Source: a virus. From it: 64,000 bases of DNA. A model generated the notes under the pieces. It was not told the DNA's origin and searched no databases. It saw only the letters and a program-made list of their open reading frames with translations. The DNA is taken from the IMG/VR virus record IMGVR_UViG_3300034175_000063, positions 1 to 64,000 of that record, one strand, 5' to 3'. Shown piece after piece: positions 45,356 through 55,804 of the stretch. The stretch's first letter is position 1; the number at the start of each line of letters is the position of its first letter. The translations under genes were made by a program, and so were the position numbers.

Positions 45356-48300
45356 TTACTGCCCGTTGTACACCGCCGTGGTGAATGGTCCGGTCAGCAG
45401 GCCCACCGTGGTCACCGAATCCAACGAGCCGAAGTAGCTCAGCGCGCCGGCGTTAAACGGATTGCCGAAGTGGTGGATGAAGCTCGAGTCCATCACCGTC
45501 GGCTGGTCCCCCAACATGTGCTCGGCCGCCATCAAGGCGAGTACCCGGCCAGGCGAGTCCTTATAAATACGTGCAAGCACCTTCTGGATGCGAACATAGT
45601 ATTTCGAGAACATGATCAACCCCGTGTCATTAGCGTACTGGATTTTCCGGTGCGTCGGGACGTCGTAGTTGATGAACGCTTCGGAAGCGCGCTGCACAGC
45701 TTGCTCATGGGTCATCGACTTGACGTCATGCTGGTACAGCGTGTACCGGGCCAGGAAGTCACTGATCTGCGTTGCGTAGCTCATCATCTTGTATGGCGCC
45801 GTGCTGTGGTGCATGGTGAGCAGCTGCACGCCTTTCAGGATGTGTGGGTTCACACCTTCGATGAAGCCGTCGACCTTTTCGTCGAACCGCGACTTGTACG
45901 AGTAGATGTCCTCATCGACGCCCACATCCTCAACGATGGTCGGCATCAGGCCGGCGTCGATCAGCGGACGGATCGGGTTGCGGGCCAGGCTGTCTTCCAA
46001 GCGTTGGATCAGGTAGGCGGCTTTGCTCGCATTCATGCCAGGTTCAAAGTGACCGATCGTCTGCTGGTGCTTCAAGGCGAACAGCTTGGCATTGTCCTGC
46101 TTGTATTCCCAGGCCGACTTGAACGCCACACGATGGCTGTCGAAGATCTGCTTCGGCGACACGCCCATCAAGAAAAGCTGCGACCAGTTCGACCGCAGGT
46201 TGCCCGTCATGGTCGACCACGATTTGACCACCAGGTTGGCCTTCGTCTCCTTGACGATCGCCTGCCAGATGTCTTCGGACTGGCGAGCACGCAGCTGGGC
46301 CTTGTCCTTGAAGGCATAGCTCATGATCTCGACGAACATGTTTTCGACGAAGCTGCGCTGTGCCTTTTCCTTTTCAAACACCGTGCCGATGCTGAGCTTG
46401 CGATAGCCGAAGTTCATGTCGAGGATGTCGTTGCGGACCAGCATGCCATCCTTGCCGAACAGGCTCTTGGCCAGCTGCTGGGTATCCCGCGGCAGCATGT
46501 CCCAGATTTCACGCAGCTGCGGATCAGCCGACGTCGGGCCGACCTGCAGATAGGCTTCCGGATGATCGGCAAAGTCCAGCTTGTACTGTTCGTGCAGAGC
46601 CTTGATGGCGTTGGCGTTCTGCACTTTCGACGCTACCTTGTCGAACGTGTTGCCGGCCATCGAGCCCAGCAGGTGATCGGTACGGTTGTCCCGGTTCAGC
46701 AGCTTGTCCTTGACGACGTTGCTCATCATGTAGCGGTAGTTGGTCACGTCACCGTTCGGGTTTAGCACTGGTGCCATGTGGGCTTCCTTGACCGCTGTTG
46801 GATCGAAGCCAGTACCAGTGAACATGCTTTGAATGGCCGGACGCTTACCGATCCGGATCGCTGCCATGTTCATCGCGTTCTGCTGGCCAGCCACCGATAC
46901 AGGGTGAGCACCGGTGATGACCTGGCTACCCTTGGCTTTGGAATCGGTCGTGCTGATGATGCCCGAGTTCCATTGTTTCAGGCCGCCGTCACGCAGCGAG
47001 TAGATCCGCTTTTGGTCAGATACCGGGTCCGCTGCGTCGCGCGGCAGGTAGCCGGGCATTGCCGTGTAACCTTTCTTGACCAGCTCGATACCCTCATCAT
47101 CGGTGGCCATCACCACCGTCATGTAGGGATCGTAAATCTCCGGGACGTAGCCTTTCATCTGCAGGGCTTCACTGTCCGAGAACAACTTGTCCTTGCTCTC
47201 GGCCTGCAATGCCGTGTGGGTCTTCATGATCATCTCGATGCCATGGCCACCGTCGGTGCGTGCTGCTTCAGCGGCAAACACCTCGGACAACATCTTCATG
47301 TCGACCCGGCTGGCGTACTTCAGCGCGTAGAGCGAAGCCAGACGATCAATGATCGGGGCGGCAGCCAGAGCCTGGGCCGGCGTGACACTCATGCCCGTGC
47401 CATACAGGCGGGCGATGTTCCCGGCGTTCATCAGCTGGTGGGCCGTGGCCACGCGGCTGGTGGCCATGAAGTAGCCCAGCCCTTTCGCCGAGTTGATGTA
47501 GAACCGGTTCATCTTGCCACCGGCAACGAGCTGAGCTTCATGCGAGTCGATCTCCGTCTGCAGGTCACTCGTGCTGTTGACCAGGTTCTGCAGCTGGGCC
47601 ACCGTGTAGGTGCCGAGCAGGGACTGCATGTCACCACGCAGGACCACCGCGGTGAGTGCTTTCTTCTGGTCGTCGGTCAGATCCTCACCTGCATTGACGA
47701 AGGATCCCGATACCGCTTTCGAGATGTTCGAGATGGTGTCCTTGCGGATACCCTCCAAGTGCTTGGTGCCACGCAGCAGGAAGTGGTAGACCTTGTTCAT
47801 GTCGGTTGCACCGCGTACTTCGTTCATCAGCGATGCTGCAACGCCGAGCTGGCCGGTCATCGTCTTGTCGCGCAAGCGAAGGTAGGCATCCATGATGGCG
47901 TCGACGCGATCGCCGGCAACCGCCGACATGACATTGCCACCCAGCTTCACGAAGGCGTTACCGCTGTTCTGGAAGAAGGGCTTCTTGCCGAAGGCTTCCA
48001 CCGCCGCGCGCACCGAGTCGCTCATGTCTTCGGCCGTGTCGGCGATGCGGTTCAGCGTCTGCGAGGCGCCGGACGTGATCCGGTTGTGACGCTTGGCTTC
48101 GATCTCGACCATCTGCTTGACCAGGGCGTTCAGCTTCTTGTCAGCCATCTGGCCGCGGAAGGTCTTCGTCAGGCGGCCGGCCACCCAGCTCATGATCGTG
48201 TTGAAGATCTTGTTGAGCCGTTCGTTGAAACCCATGCTTGGATTGTTCGTGGCGCCGGTGGCAGTGTGAAACTGCAGTTGCTCGCGGAAGCCAGAATGCA

Positions 48301-51300
48301 CCAGGCCCAGGGCGGCAAAGCGGCTCATGTAATCGGACTTGCCGGTGGCATCCTGCTTGATGGCGAAGACGAAATCGTAGAGTGCCTTGGCCTGATCCTT
48401 TTCGATCTGGGTGGCCGTGGTCCAGTCGCCCTTGTGGAAGGATTCGACCGTCAGCTTGGCCCGGACCTCGTTGTAGAGGCGGGTCATTTCCTTGTAGGCG
48501 ACCGTCATCACACCGTCGTTGTGCGACAGTGCAGTGCGCATCGTGGCTTCTACCTGCTCCAGGACGAAAGCTTCCTGATCGGTGAAACCGAAACCAGCAG
48601 CCAGAGACTCGGATGCGAACGGGGCCACGCCGGTGCTCAGTGCATCAGCGTAGACATCCAGCGGATCCTGTGCGGTCTGCTCCATGAGAGCGGCCTTGAA
48701 GGAACCGAAGGGACCATACACCGACTTCACCAGCGTTGACAACAGCCCTTGCAGGTGCGTGCTGTGTTCAGCCGAGATCTGGGCGCCGTTGTTCGACTGG
48801 GCCAGCGCAGCGTAGATGTCCAGGGTCGACAGGTCACGCACGTTTGCGGCGCCAGGCGTCGAGATGGCCAGGGTTACCGGGCCGGCTGCTGCCGGTTTGT
48901 TTTGCTGCGCTGCCTGCTCGAACAAGCCAGACACATTCGACAAGAACGTGGTCATACCGCTGCTCATTGCAGCGTTGGGACGACCGAAGAACAGAGCTGT
49001 AATCTTGTCGATAAATGCGGCCATTGCCGTGATCAGGCGGTTGCCACCGGTCTTCGACGTGTAGCTGATGGCGGCCATTACATCGTTCTGGAACTCAGCG
49101 TTGGTCATGCCGTAGGCAATGAACTCGTCCAGGTTCTCAAAGACACGGGAGTAATACGCGATGCGGTCTGGCGACTCGCTGCTGGCCACGTATTGCTTGG
49201 CCATTTCCATCAACGCTTCGAGCTCTTCGACCAGCTTCAGTGCATCACTGGTATAGGGCTTGGCCGGCTTCTCTCCTTCGTTGTTAATGATCTCACCATC
49301 GCGGATCGCCTGCTCAGCGCGCGTCGTCTGCACCAATGCAGCGTGCACCATCTCGTGCAGCAGTACCTCGTTGTCGAGGCCCGAGTACACAAAGTCGTCG
49401 GACATCACGTAGATGGCTTGGTTTTCAATGCCGTCAGCTACGTTTATATACATGCCGCGGGCATTCTGGCTGATCTCGTGGTGGATCAGGTCAGCCGGTA
49501 CGGTGTCCTTGGTGATGTATTTCACCACCATGTTGCCGGCGACAGTGCGCTCCAGCTGTGACAGCAGCTTCATGCTAAAGTCGTCCTTCATGGTCTTGCG
49601 CAGCAGGGCCACCACTTCCTTGACGGTTTGATTCGGCTTGGCCTTAAATGCTGCGGTTAGCTTAGGATCATAACGGCCGAGAGGCTTGCCCAGTTGAGCA
49701 ACTGGGTTGGCGTTCACCGGCTTGGTTTCCATCTCCGGGTCGGCTTTCGCTGCTCCCTTTTTCTCTTTGGCCGGGCGGCTGGCCATCTCAGCCTTGATCG
49801 CTGCTTCCAGCTTATCTGACACCGAGGTGAGGGCCGAGCGGTCGACGTCTGAAACACCGACCTCAAGCGCCGAGCGCAGCGAGGCCGCCGAGGAACGGTG
49901 GGAAGACTCGACAGCGAAGGCACCACCCTCCATCGCATATTGATTCACCGCCGTCATGGTCGACATCGTGTCCAGCTTCATGCTGTCGGCACGATAGGCC
50001 ATGCTCTGGGCCAGCTCAGCCTGCAGGTACAGCACGCCTTCAGGTGGGACATCGTGCTTCTCAGCGAAGGTCACCAGCGACTTGGCCAGCTTGGCCATGG
50101 TCGCATCCGATACCTTGCCGGCCGCCAGCATAGCATTCAGTCCACGCACCGTGCGCAGCAGAGCGTTCTTCACCTCGTTCGCCGGCGAGTAGTTCAGCAT
50201 GGTGTCCCAGGTCGCTTCGTTCATGCGACGTGCTGTCTCAACGATGCCGCCGACACCGTGACCCTGTGCATCGTGGATGTTGAGGGCTTGGCCATCGACG
50301 TTCGCACGCACCGAGATAGCCGAGTCGGCCGAGTGCATCGACACTGGGACCATGGCCACACCTGGGCCGGCTGGCGTTGTCTCATAGCCGTGCACCTGGG
50401 TGCTCTTGCTACCATCTTCAAATGGCTGGCCGAACTTCACCACATTCTGGTAGGTGTCCTTGTCCGAGAGCTTGCGCTCGGCTTTGGCCACCATGATGCC
50501 TGCCTCCAGGTCTTTCGATTCTTGGGACATCGGCGTGTTCATCACCGGCAGCAGGGCGGCCGTCTGCTTGCGCAGTTCAACTTCCTGAGCGTTGGTGAGA
50601 TCGTGGATCGGCACACCGGTCTTCGGATTCACTGCCATCTTGCCGTCGGCGACCAGCTGCGTGATCATCTCTTCGCGCATGCCCTGGTACACAGCGTTGT
50701 AGACTTCAAACGTCAGCTGTGCTGTCTTGTTGAACTCGGTACGTTGGGCGATGAAGACCTCGAAGTCCTGCTTCATGGTTTCTTCCACGGCCACGCCGAG
50801 CGAGTCCTTGAAGGCGCCCTTGAGTGTCTTGATCTGCTGGCTGGTGAACTCGTGTTCCATCAGGTCGATGTTGGTCGGCAGCCGCACACCCATCACCTCC
50901 AGGTGCAGCAGGATTTCGCCTGGTGTCATCTCGCCTTCTTCAATCGCCGTGTAGATCGAGTCGACGAAGTTGTCGGCCATCGAGTCCACTGCGTTGTTCA
51001 CCGACGAACCGAAGACCATCGCGGTCAGCGGGGTCTTGATGATGTTCCGGCCTGCCTTTTGCACGACGCCTTTGCTGTCGGCCAGCTCGCCAGTGAAGGC
51101 GTAGATCGAAGCCATGAGCTCAGGATCCAGGTTGGCAGCATTGATCGCCTGCGTCATGTGCAGGGCCGTGTTCTCGTACAGATCGAAGTTCTCCGGCGCG
51201 TCGCGCCAGGTGTTGTATTCGATATGGTCGTTGCCTTGCTCGAAGAAGCCACCGCGGTTCAGTAGGGCGTACATCTCCTTGACCGTGTTGGCCGCGCCCA

Positions 51301-54300
51301 GCAGCAGATGCGACAGCATCGGGCCGTTGGTCACACCGTCCACCTCGGCCATCATCTGCGTGGTGAACTCGGTGGCGCCGGCCTTCTTGGCCACTGTCAT
51401 CTGGGCCATGGCCATCAGCGCATCAAGCGAGTGCATGTCCTCACCACCAGCCTTCACGCCGGCCACCAGCACTGCCTGATCGTTCTCGGACAGCACACCG
51501 CTTTCGGTGCCGGTCAGCGACTTAACGAGCACGGCCACGGCTGCTTTGATCTCTGGCTTGGCGACCAGCTTGTTGAAGTCGGCGAGGGCTTTTTCCTTGC
51601 TCTTCTTGTCGGTCTTGACGCCCAGTCCTTCTGCAACGCGCAGCTTGAAATTCGTCATGGCTGCGGTATCGCCGAAGGCAATCTTCGTTTCCCAGGCCGA
51701 ACGGTACAGCATGTGACGGTGGATCTTGCTGGTCTGTGGATTGATCATGTTCGTGGCGATACCGACACGCTGCTGCATCCAGACAGAGTGTTCAAAGTAC
51801 ATGGCCGCGTCACTACCGACTTCACCGACGTAGTTCATGAACCGCTCGAGCTCGCGTGCCAGGCCATCATTCTTGGCCTGCAGGGACTTGCGGCGGCTCT
51901 TGTGCACGACCTTGTTCGGGTCTTCCTGACCTGCGATCTGCAGCATGGTGTCCGGGGACACCTGGCCGGCCAGGTTGAACATGTCGGCCCGGACATAGCT
52001 CGCCTCGGCGTCATCACGACGCACCTGCTCAGCCAGCTCCGAAGGGATGGCCATGCTGGTGTTGCGGGTGGTCTTCTGCTTCGATTCCACCGGTGACGAC
52101 GACGGCGCCTTCAGTGCCGGCTCCACGCCGAACAGCTTGTCGAGGATCCCGTTCGTTCCCTTGTTGGCTTGGAAAATCGCTTCGGCCTGCTCACCGAGTT
52201 TGCCATCGGCACGGGCCAGCTTCAGGAAGTAGAACTTCGCATTGGTCTGGGTTTTGTCGCTCTTCGTCAGTTCAGCCATTTCCTGGCCGGTGATCGTGTT
52301 GCGGGTCAGGATACCCTGGTCCAGCAGCAGCTTCATGGCATGGGCACCGATCGACGCTTCCAGATCGGCCTGCAGGTTACGCGGAGCGGAAGCCAAGGAT
52401 TTAAGACCAAGGGCCGCAACAATCCGCTGGCCGAGTGCATTGGCCACGATGTTCTGACGTACGCCGATGTGCTCCAGTGCGTTGTATTCAAGCGTCGACA
52501 CCGGTGCAGATTCATCCCGACCGAGGATGGCATTGATGTCTTCCTTGGTGTTGAGCTCCGGACGTGTGGCCGCTTCAGCGACCCAGCTAAATGCACCGTA
52601 GGCGATTGCCGTCATGGTGTTCTCATCGAGCTTGCCGTCGGCGTTCATCAGGAACTGGATCGGGTCTTCAAAACCGTAGCCGGGATTGCCCTTCCGCAGG
52701 TTGGCCGTGATGTTACCGGCCCATGCCGTGGCCGTGGCCAGGAAGGTTTTCAGTACCAGCTTTTGCTCATCGCTTGGGGCTTCCTTCGACGACAGGAATT
52801 CCGACAGCTTGAAGCCTTCGGCCTTGTTCTTCCATGCCGAGAGGAAGTCGACCAGCTTAGCCAGCGGACGCTGGGTGCCGGTGTCTTCATTGCCGGCCGA
52901 CTGGACGAAGTGTGCCCCGACCAGGTTCTGTTCCTGGTATGGCAGCGAGGTGTCATGTGCGACGTCGAAGACGGTGAGCGTGGTGGTCTTTTCCTTGACC
53001 TCCTGGGTCGCCGCAGCTTCAGGCGTGGCCGTCTCTGCAGCGGGCGCTGGGTTCGCTTCGCTCACCGCTGGCTGCTCGACTGCTGCCGCCTTCGCTGCTG
53101 CTTCCCGTGCCTCACGTTGGGCTTTGGATTTGGCCAGGTTGTCAGCGACACGCTGGTCCTTGTCGTTGCCGGCCAGGACGTTTTTCTTCGGCTCGGCCGA
53201 TGCCTCATTATTTGCATCTGGTGCAGATTTCTTGCGTGACTCGATCACGTAGCCCGACTTGTCGGCTTTGCGTGTGGCCTTCAGGCTCTCACCCAGGAAG
53301 TTGTCGTATAGATACTTCTCCGCTTCCAGCGACGTGGCGAATTCCTTGCCGACGTGGACGACTTTTTCTTTCTTCTCAGACTTAGGGGGAGCTTCAGCGG
53401 TGGGGAGTTCAGCTGGTACAGCTGGACGTGCGGTGTCCTCCTCAATTTCTGGGGTACTGATATTACCGGAGGGTACATTGTCTTGCTTGGAGGATTCGGA
53501 TTGTACGCCAAATTTCAAAGATGTGGCGGAATTCATTTCGGTATGGGTGGCACGCAACGCTTTCGCCTCGTTGGCGATCTCGTTGACCAGGCGCCCGGAG
53601 TTCAGGGCCAGGCCGCCGTTGGCACGGAGATCCTTTTCCTTGAAGGTGCCAGGCGGGTGGGATTCCCATTTCTTGTCCGTCTTGTTGTAGACGATCTGGG
53701 CGCCCATACCGTAGTCGGCCATGGCCTCGCGGGCGGTGGCTGCCTTGTCTTCGTGGTTGATGGCGAACGTCTCCAGCCCGGTCATGGCACGGTCGGCCGA
53801 CACCTGGCTGTTCGAGGCGATCGCTGCTGCGATGCGCGAGCGGTATTGCGAGATGCCGACGTTCTTGGCAGAGCCAAACAACACCTCTTGCGACACCTTC
53901 GACTGGGTAGACAGGGCGTTCTCGGCCTGACGAGCATCGCTGAACACGCGAAGATGCGCACGCTGCGAATCCGTCAGCGAGTTGGTGGTGTCATCAGCCA
54001 GCTGCAACGCTGCTGTGTGGGACAGAGCATCCGGCTGCGACATCGACAGGTTCACCAGTCGGGTAGCAGCGGTGTTGTCGGCCGCTGCTGCGGTGACCAG
54101 CGTGCCTACTTCTTCCGGCGTGGCCACTGCCTCATTGGCGTTGACCAGTCCACCCATGAAGTTGCGGCCGGCTGAGAGCTGGCGATCCAGAGCGGACAGC
54201 ACAGCACGCGACTTGCTCGCTGCCTGGGTGTCGGTGGCGTCAGCCAGCACATCCTTCCAGCCGTCGCGGAAGTCCTGCAGTTCGGCGATCTTGACCGCAT

Positions 54301-55726
54301 CGGTAGTCTTGGCGATCTCCGTCTCGTAGAAGCTGACCTTGGCTTTCGCCTCGGCGACGCTGGCCGGCGAGAAAGTATCGGCATCGTTCTGTGCCTTGGC
54401 ATGCTGTTCTTCGATCTGGGACAGCAGCTCGCCGGCGCGCTTCAGGTTCTCGGCTTTGATTTCCGGGGTCGTTTCCGGACGCATGGCGTGGGCAACCAGC
54501 ACACCCATGCCGCGGGAGAGGTCGTAGTCACGGCTCTTCGGATCCACGAAGCTGGTAATGTCGTTGCTGGCCACTGCAGCAGCGACCCGTTGACGAGTCT
54601 CAGCAGTGGTCACACGCTCTTGAGTTTCCTTGGCCACGGTGTTCGCGCTCTTGTGCAGCGAACCCATGCCGACGCCCATGGCAGTACCTGCCACCAGGCC
54701 GGCGCCTGCGGCATTGCCGACGCCCTTCATGTAATCTTCCTCGCCCATGGCGATGTTCGTGAAGAACTGCTCCTGTGCCGACTGCGGGAGCTCTTCGGTC
54801 ACGCCTTCAGAGAAGCCTTCCTTCCCGATCTTGGCCAGCTTCGAGCCCTTCAGCGTACGTGCACCGGTGGCGATGTCGGTTGCTGCATCACCGAACACTT
54901 TGTTCGAGACAGCACCGATGGCGGCGGTGGTAGCACCAGCGGCCAAGGCCGGCAGAGCATAGTCCTCGTATTCACGGCCAGCGGCCTGTGCCTTATCAGC
55001 GACCGTACCAGCTGCTTGAGCACCTTCAACACCTGCACCAATGGCCGACAGGCGGAAACCAGCAGCCTCAATAGCTGCCTTTGCAGCGGCGCCACCGGCT
55101 TCAGTGCTCAGGGCAGCCGTTTCGGCCATGCCTACACGGCCGGCTGCGATCGCAGCTTCACTGGCCAGACGTCCTTCGACGGTTGCCATGGCGGCCTTGG
55201 CCGCGATACCACGCGCGGCAGCACCGGCCACACCCATACCGGCCAGCATGGCAGGCAGGGATTCGGTCACGGTGCCCAGGATCGAGCGAGGATTGGCCAG
55301 CGAGGTCAGCACGGTGTCGCTGAAGCCTTCGGCTTCGGCTACCTTCTGATCGGAAGCTTTCTGTGCAGCACTCAGGTGTTCACCCAACGCTTCGTTGGTG
55401 GCAGCTGGATCGTAGCCGATGGCACGCATACCCTCGCCGACGGCACCACCAGTGGCCAAACTACCCAGGCCAACCACCGAAGCACCCAGGTTCACCACAC
55501 CTTGACCCAGCTTGATGCCGACGTCACCGACCGTACCCACCAGGTCAGTTTGACGAACTTCCGGGTTGGCGTTACGCAGCATCCGCTCTTTGAGCGAAGT
55601 CTGGTACACCGAGTCCAGTGCAGCCATCTTGGTCTGACGGGCAGCAGTAATCTCGGCCATCTTCTGGTCGAGCAGTTCTTCGCTGGCTTTAGGCGCAGAT
55701 GGGCTGGTGTAGACTGGATTGGTCAT
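45356..55726 (-). CDS. Virion-encapsidated RNA polymerase (N4 gp50-like)
   Basis: ~3,456 aa, no Cys seen on manual reading; NPQTSK.HR, motif A EVDGVTNGP, motif B RNIIKTPLTAMVFGS, motif C NIHDA. Confidence 0.95.
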   Translation of the reverse strand: MTNPVYTSPSAPKASEELLDQKMAEITAARQTKMAALDSVYQTSLKERMLRNANPEVRQTDLVGTVGDVGIKLGQGVVNLGASVVGLGSLATGGAVGEGMRAIGYDPAATNEALGEHLSAAQKASDQKVAEAEGFSDTVLTSLANPRSILGTVTESLPAMLAGMGVAGAAARGIAAKAAMATVEGRLASEAAIAAGRVGMAETAALSTEAGGAAAKAAIEAAGFRLSAIGAGVEGAQAAGTVADKAQAAGREYEDYALPALAAGATTAAIGAVSNKVFGDAATDIATGARTLKGSKLAKIGKEGFSEGVTEELPQSAQEQFFTNIAMGEEDYMKGVGNAAGAGLVAGTAMGVGMGSLHKSANTVAKETQERVTTAETRQRVAAAVASNDITSFVDPKSRDYDLSRGMGVLVAHAMRPETTPEIKAENLKRAGELLSQIEEQHAKAQNDADTFSPASVAEAKAKVSFYETEIAKTTDAVKIAELQDFRDGWKDVLADATDTQAASKSRAVLSALDRQLSAGRNFMGGLVNANEAVATPEEVGTLVTAAAADNTAATRLVNLSMSQPDALSHTAALQLADDTTNSLTDSQRAHLRVFSDARQAENALSTQSKVSQEVLFGSAKNVGISQYRSRIAAAIASNSQVSADRAMTGLETFAINHEDKAATAREAMADYGMGAQIVYNKTDKKWESHPPGTFKEKDLRANGGLALNSGRLVNEIANEAKALRATHTEMNSATSLKFGVQSESSKQDNVPSGNISTPEIEEDTARPAVPAELPTAEAPPKSEKKEKVVHVGKEFATSLEAEKYLYDNFLGESLKATRKADKSGYVIESRKKSAPDANNEASAEPKKNVLAGNDKDQRVADNLAKSKAQREAREAAAKAAAVEQPAVSEANPAPAAETATPEAAATQEVKEKTTTLTVFDVAHDTSLPYQEQNLVGAHFVQSAGNEDTGTQRPLAKLVDFLSAWKNKAEGFKLSEFLSSKEAPSDEQKLVLKTFLATATAWAGNITANLRKGNPGYGFEDPIQFLMNADGKLDENTMTAIAYGAFSWVAEAATRPELNTKEDINAILGRDESAPVSTLEYNALEHIGVRQNIVANALGQRIVAALGLKSLASAPRNLQADLEASIGAHAMKLLLDQGILTRNTITGQEMAELTKSDKTQTNAKFYFLKLARADGKLGEQAEAIFQANKGTNGILDKLFGVEPALKAPSSSPVESKQKTTRNTSMAIPSELAEQVRRDDAEASYVRADMFNLAGQVSPDTMLQIAGQEDPNKVVHKSRRKSLQAKNDGLARELERFMNYVGEVGSDAAMYFEHSVWMQQRVGIATNMINPQTSKIHRHMLYRSAWETKIAFGDTAAMTNFKLRVAEGLGVKTDKKSKEKALADFNKLVAKPEIKAAVAVLVKSLTGTESGVLSENDQAVLVAGVKAGGEDMHSLDALMAMAQMTVAKKAGATEFTTQMMAEVDGVTNGPMLSHLLLGAANTVKEMYALLNRGGFFEQGNDHIEYNTWRDAPENFDLYENTALHMTQAINAANLDPELMASIYAFTGELADSKGVVQKAGRNIIKTPLTAMVFGSSVNNAVDSMADNFVDSIYTAIEEGEMTPGEILLHLEVMGVRLPTNIDLMEHEFTSQQIKTLKGAFKDSLGVAVEETMKQDFEVFIAQRTEFNKTAQLTFEVYNAVYQGMREEMITQLVADGKMAVNPKTGVPIHDLTNAQEVELRKQTAALLPVMNTPMSQESKDLEAGIMVAKAERKLSDKDTYQNVVKFGQPFEDGSKSTQVHGYETTPAGPGVAMVPVSMHSADSAISVRANVDGQALNIHDAQGHGVGGIVETARRMNEATWDTMLNYSPANEVKNALLRTVRGLNAMLAAGKVSDATMAKLAKSLVTFAEKHDVPPEGVLYLQAELAQSMAYRADSMKLDTMSTMTAVNQYAMEGGAFAVESSHRSSAASLRSALEVGVSDVDRSALTSVSDKLEAAIKAEMASRPAKEKKGAAKADPEMETKPVNANPVAQLGKPLGRYDPKLTAAFKAKPNQTVKEVVALLRKTMKDDFSMKLLSQLERTVAGNMVVKYITKDTVPADLIHHEISQNARGMYINVADGIENQAIYVMSDDFVYSGLDNEVLLHEMVHAALVQTTRAEQAIRDGEIINNEGEKPAKPYTSDALKLVEELEALMEMAKQYVASSESPDRIAYYSRVFENLDEFIAYGMTNAEFQNDVMAAISYTSKTGGNRLITAMAAFIDKITALFFGRPNAAMSSGMTTFLSNVSGLFEQAAQQNKPAAAGPVTLAISTPGAANVRDLSTLDIYAALAQSNNGAQISAEHSTHLQGLLSTLVKSVYGPFGSFKAALMEQTAQDPLDVYADALSTGVAPFASESLAAGFGFTDQEAFVLEQVEATMRTALSHNDGVMTVAYKEMTRLYNEVRAKLTVESFHKGDWTTATQIEKDQAKALYDFVFAIKQDATGKSDYMSRFAALGLVHSGFREQLQFHTATGATNNPSMGFNERLNKIFNTIMSWVAGRLTKTFRGQMADKKLNALVKQMVEIEAKRHNRITSGASQTLNRIADTAEDMSDSVRAAVEAFGKKPFFQNSGNAFVKLGGNVMSAVAGDRVDAIMDAYLRLRDKTMTGQLGVAASLMNEVRGATDMNKVYHFLLRGTKHLEGIRKDTISNISKAVSGSFVNAGEDLTDDQKKALTAVVLRGDMQSLLGTYTVAQLQNLVNSTSDLQTEIDSHEAQLVAGGKMNRFYINSAKGLGYFMATSRVATAHQLMNAGNIARLYGTGMSVTPAQALAAAPIIDRLASLYALKYASRVDMKMLSEVFAAEAARTDGGHGIEMIMKTHTALQAESKDKLFSDSEALQMKGYVPEIYDPYMTVVMATDDEGIELVKKGYTAMPGYLPRDAADPVSDQKRIYSLRDGGLKQWNSGIISTTDSKAKGSQVITGAHPVSVAGQQNAMNMAAIRIGKRPAIQSMFTGTGFDPTAVKEAHMAPVLNPNGDVTNYRYMMSNVVKDKLLNRDNRTDHLLGSMAGNTFDKVASKVQNANAIKALHEQYKLDFADHPEAYLQVGPTSADPQLREIWDMLPRDTQQLAKSLFGKDGMLVRNDILDMNFGYRKLSIGTVFEKEKAQRSFVENMFVEIMSYAFKDKAQLRARQSEDIWQAIVKETKANLVVKSWSTMTGNLRSNWSQLFLMGVSPKQIFDSHRVAFKSAWEYKQDNAKLFALKHQQTIGHFEPGMNASKAAYLIQRLEDSLARNPIRPLIDAGLMPTIVEDVGVDEDIYSYKSRFDEKVDGFIEGVNPHILKGVQLLTMHHSTAPYKMMSYATQISDFLARYTLYQHDVKSMTHEQAVQRASEAFINYDVPTHRKIQYANDTGLIMFSKYYVRIQKVLARIYKDSPGRVLALMAAEHMLGDQPTVMDSSFIHHFGNPFNAGALSYFGSLDSVTTVGLLTGPFTTAVYNGQ

Positions 55727-55804
55727 GGTATTCCTGGTTGATTCGGGTGAGAGCCCATTATATACAAGTTGCACTGGGTCAAGTAGTCTTGACCCAGATT
55801 TACT

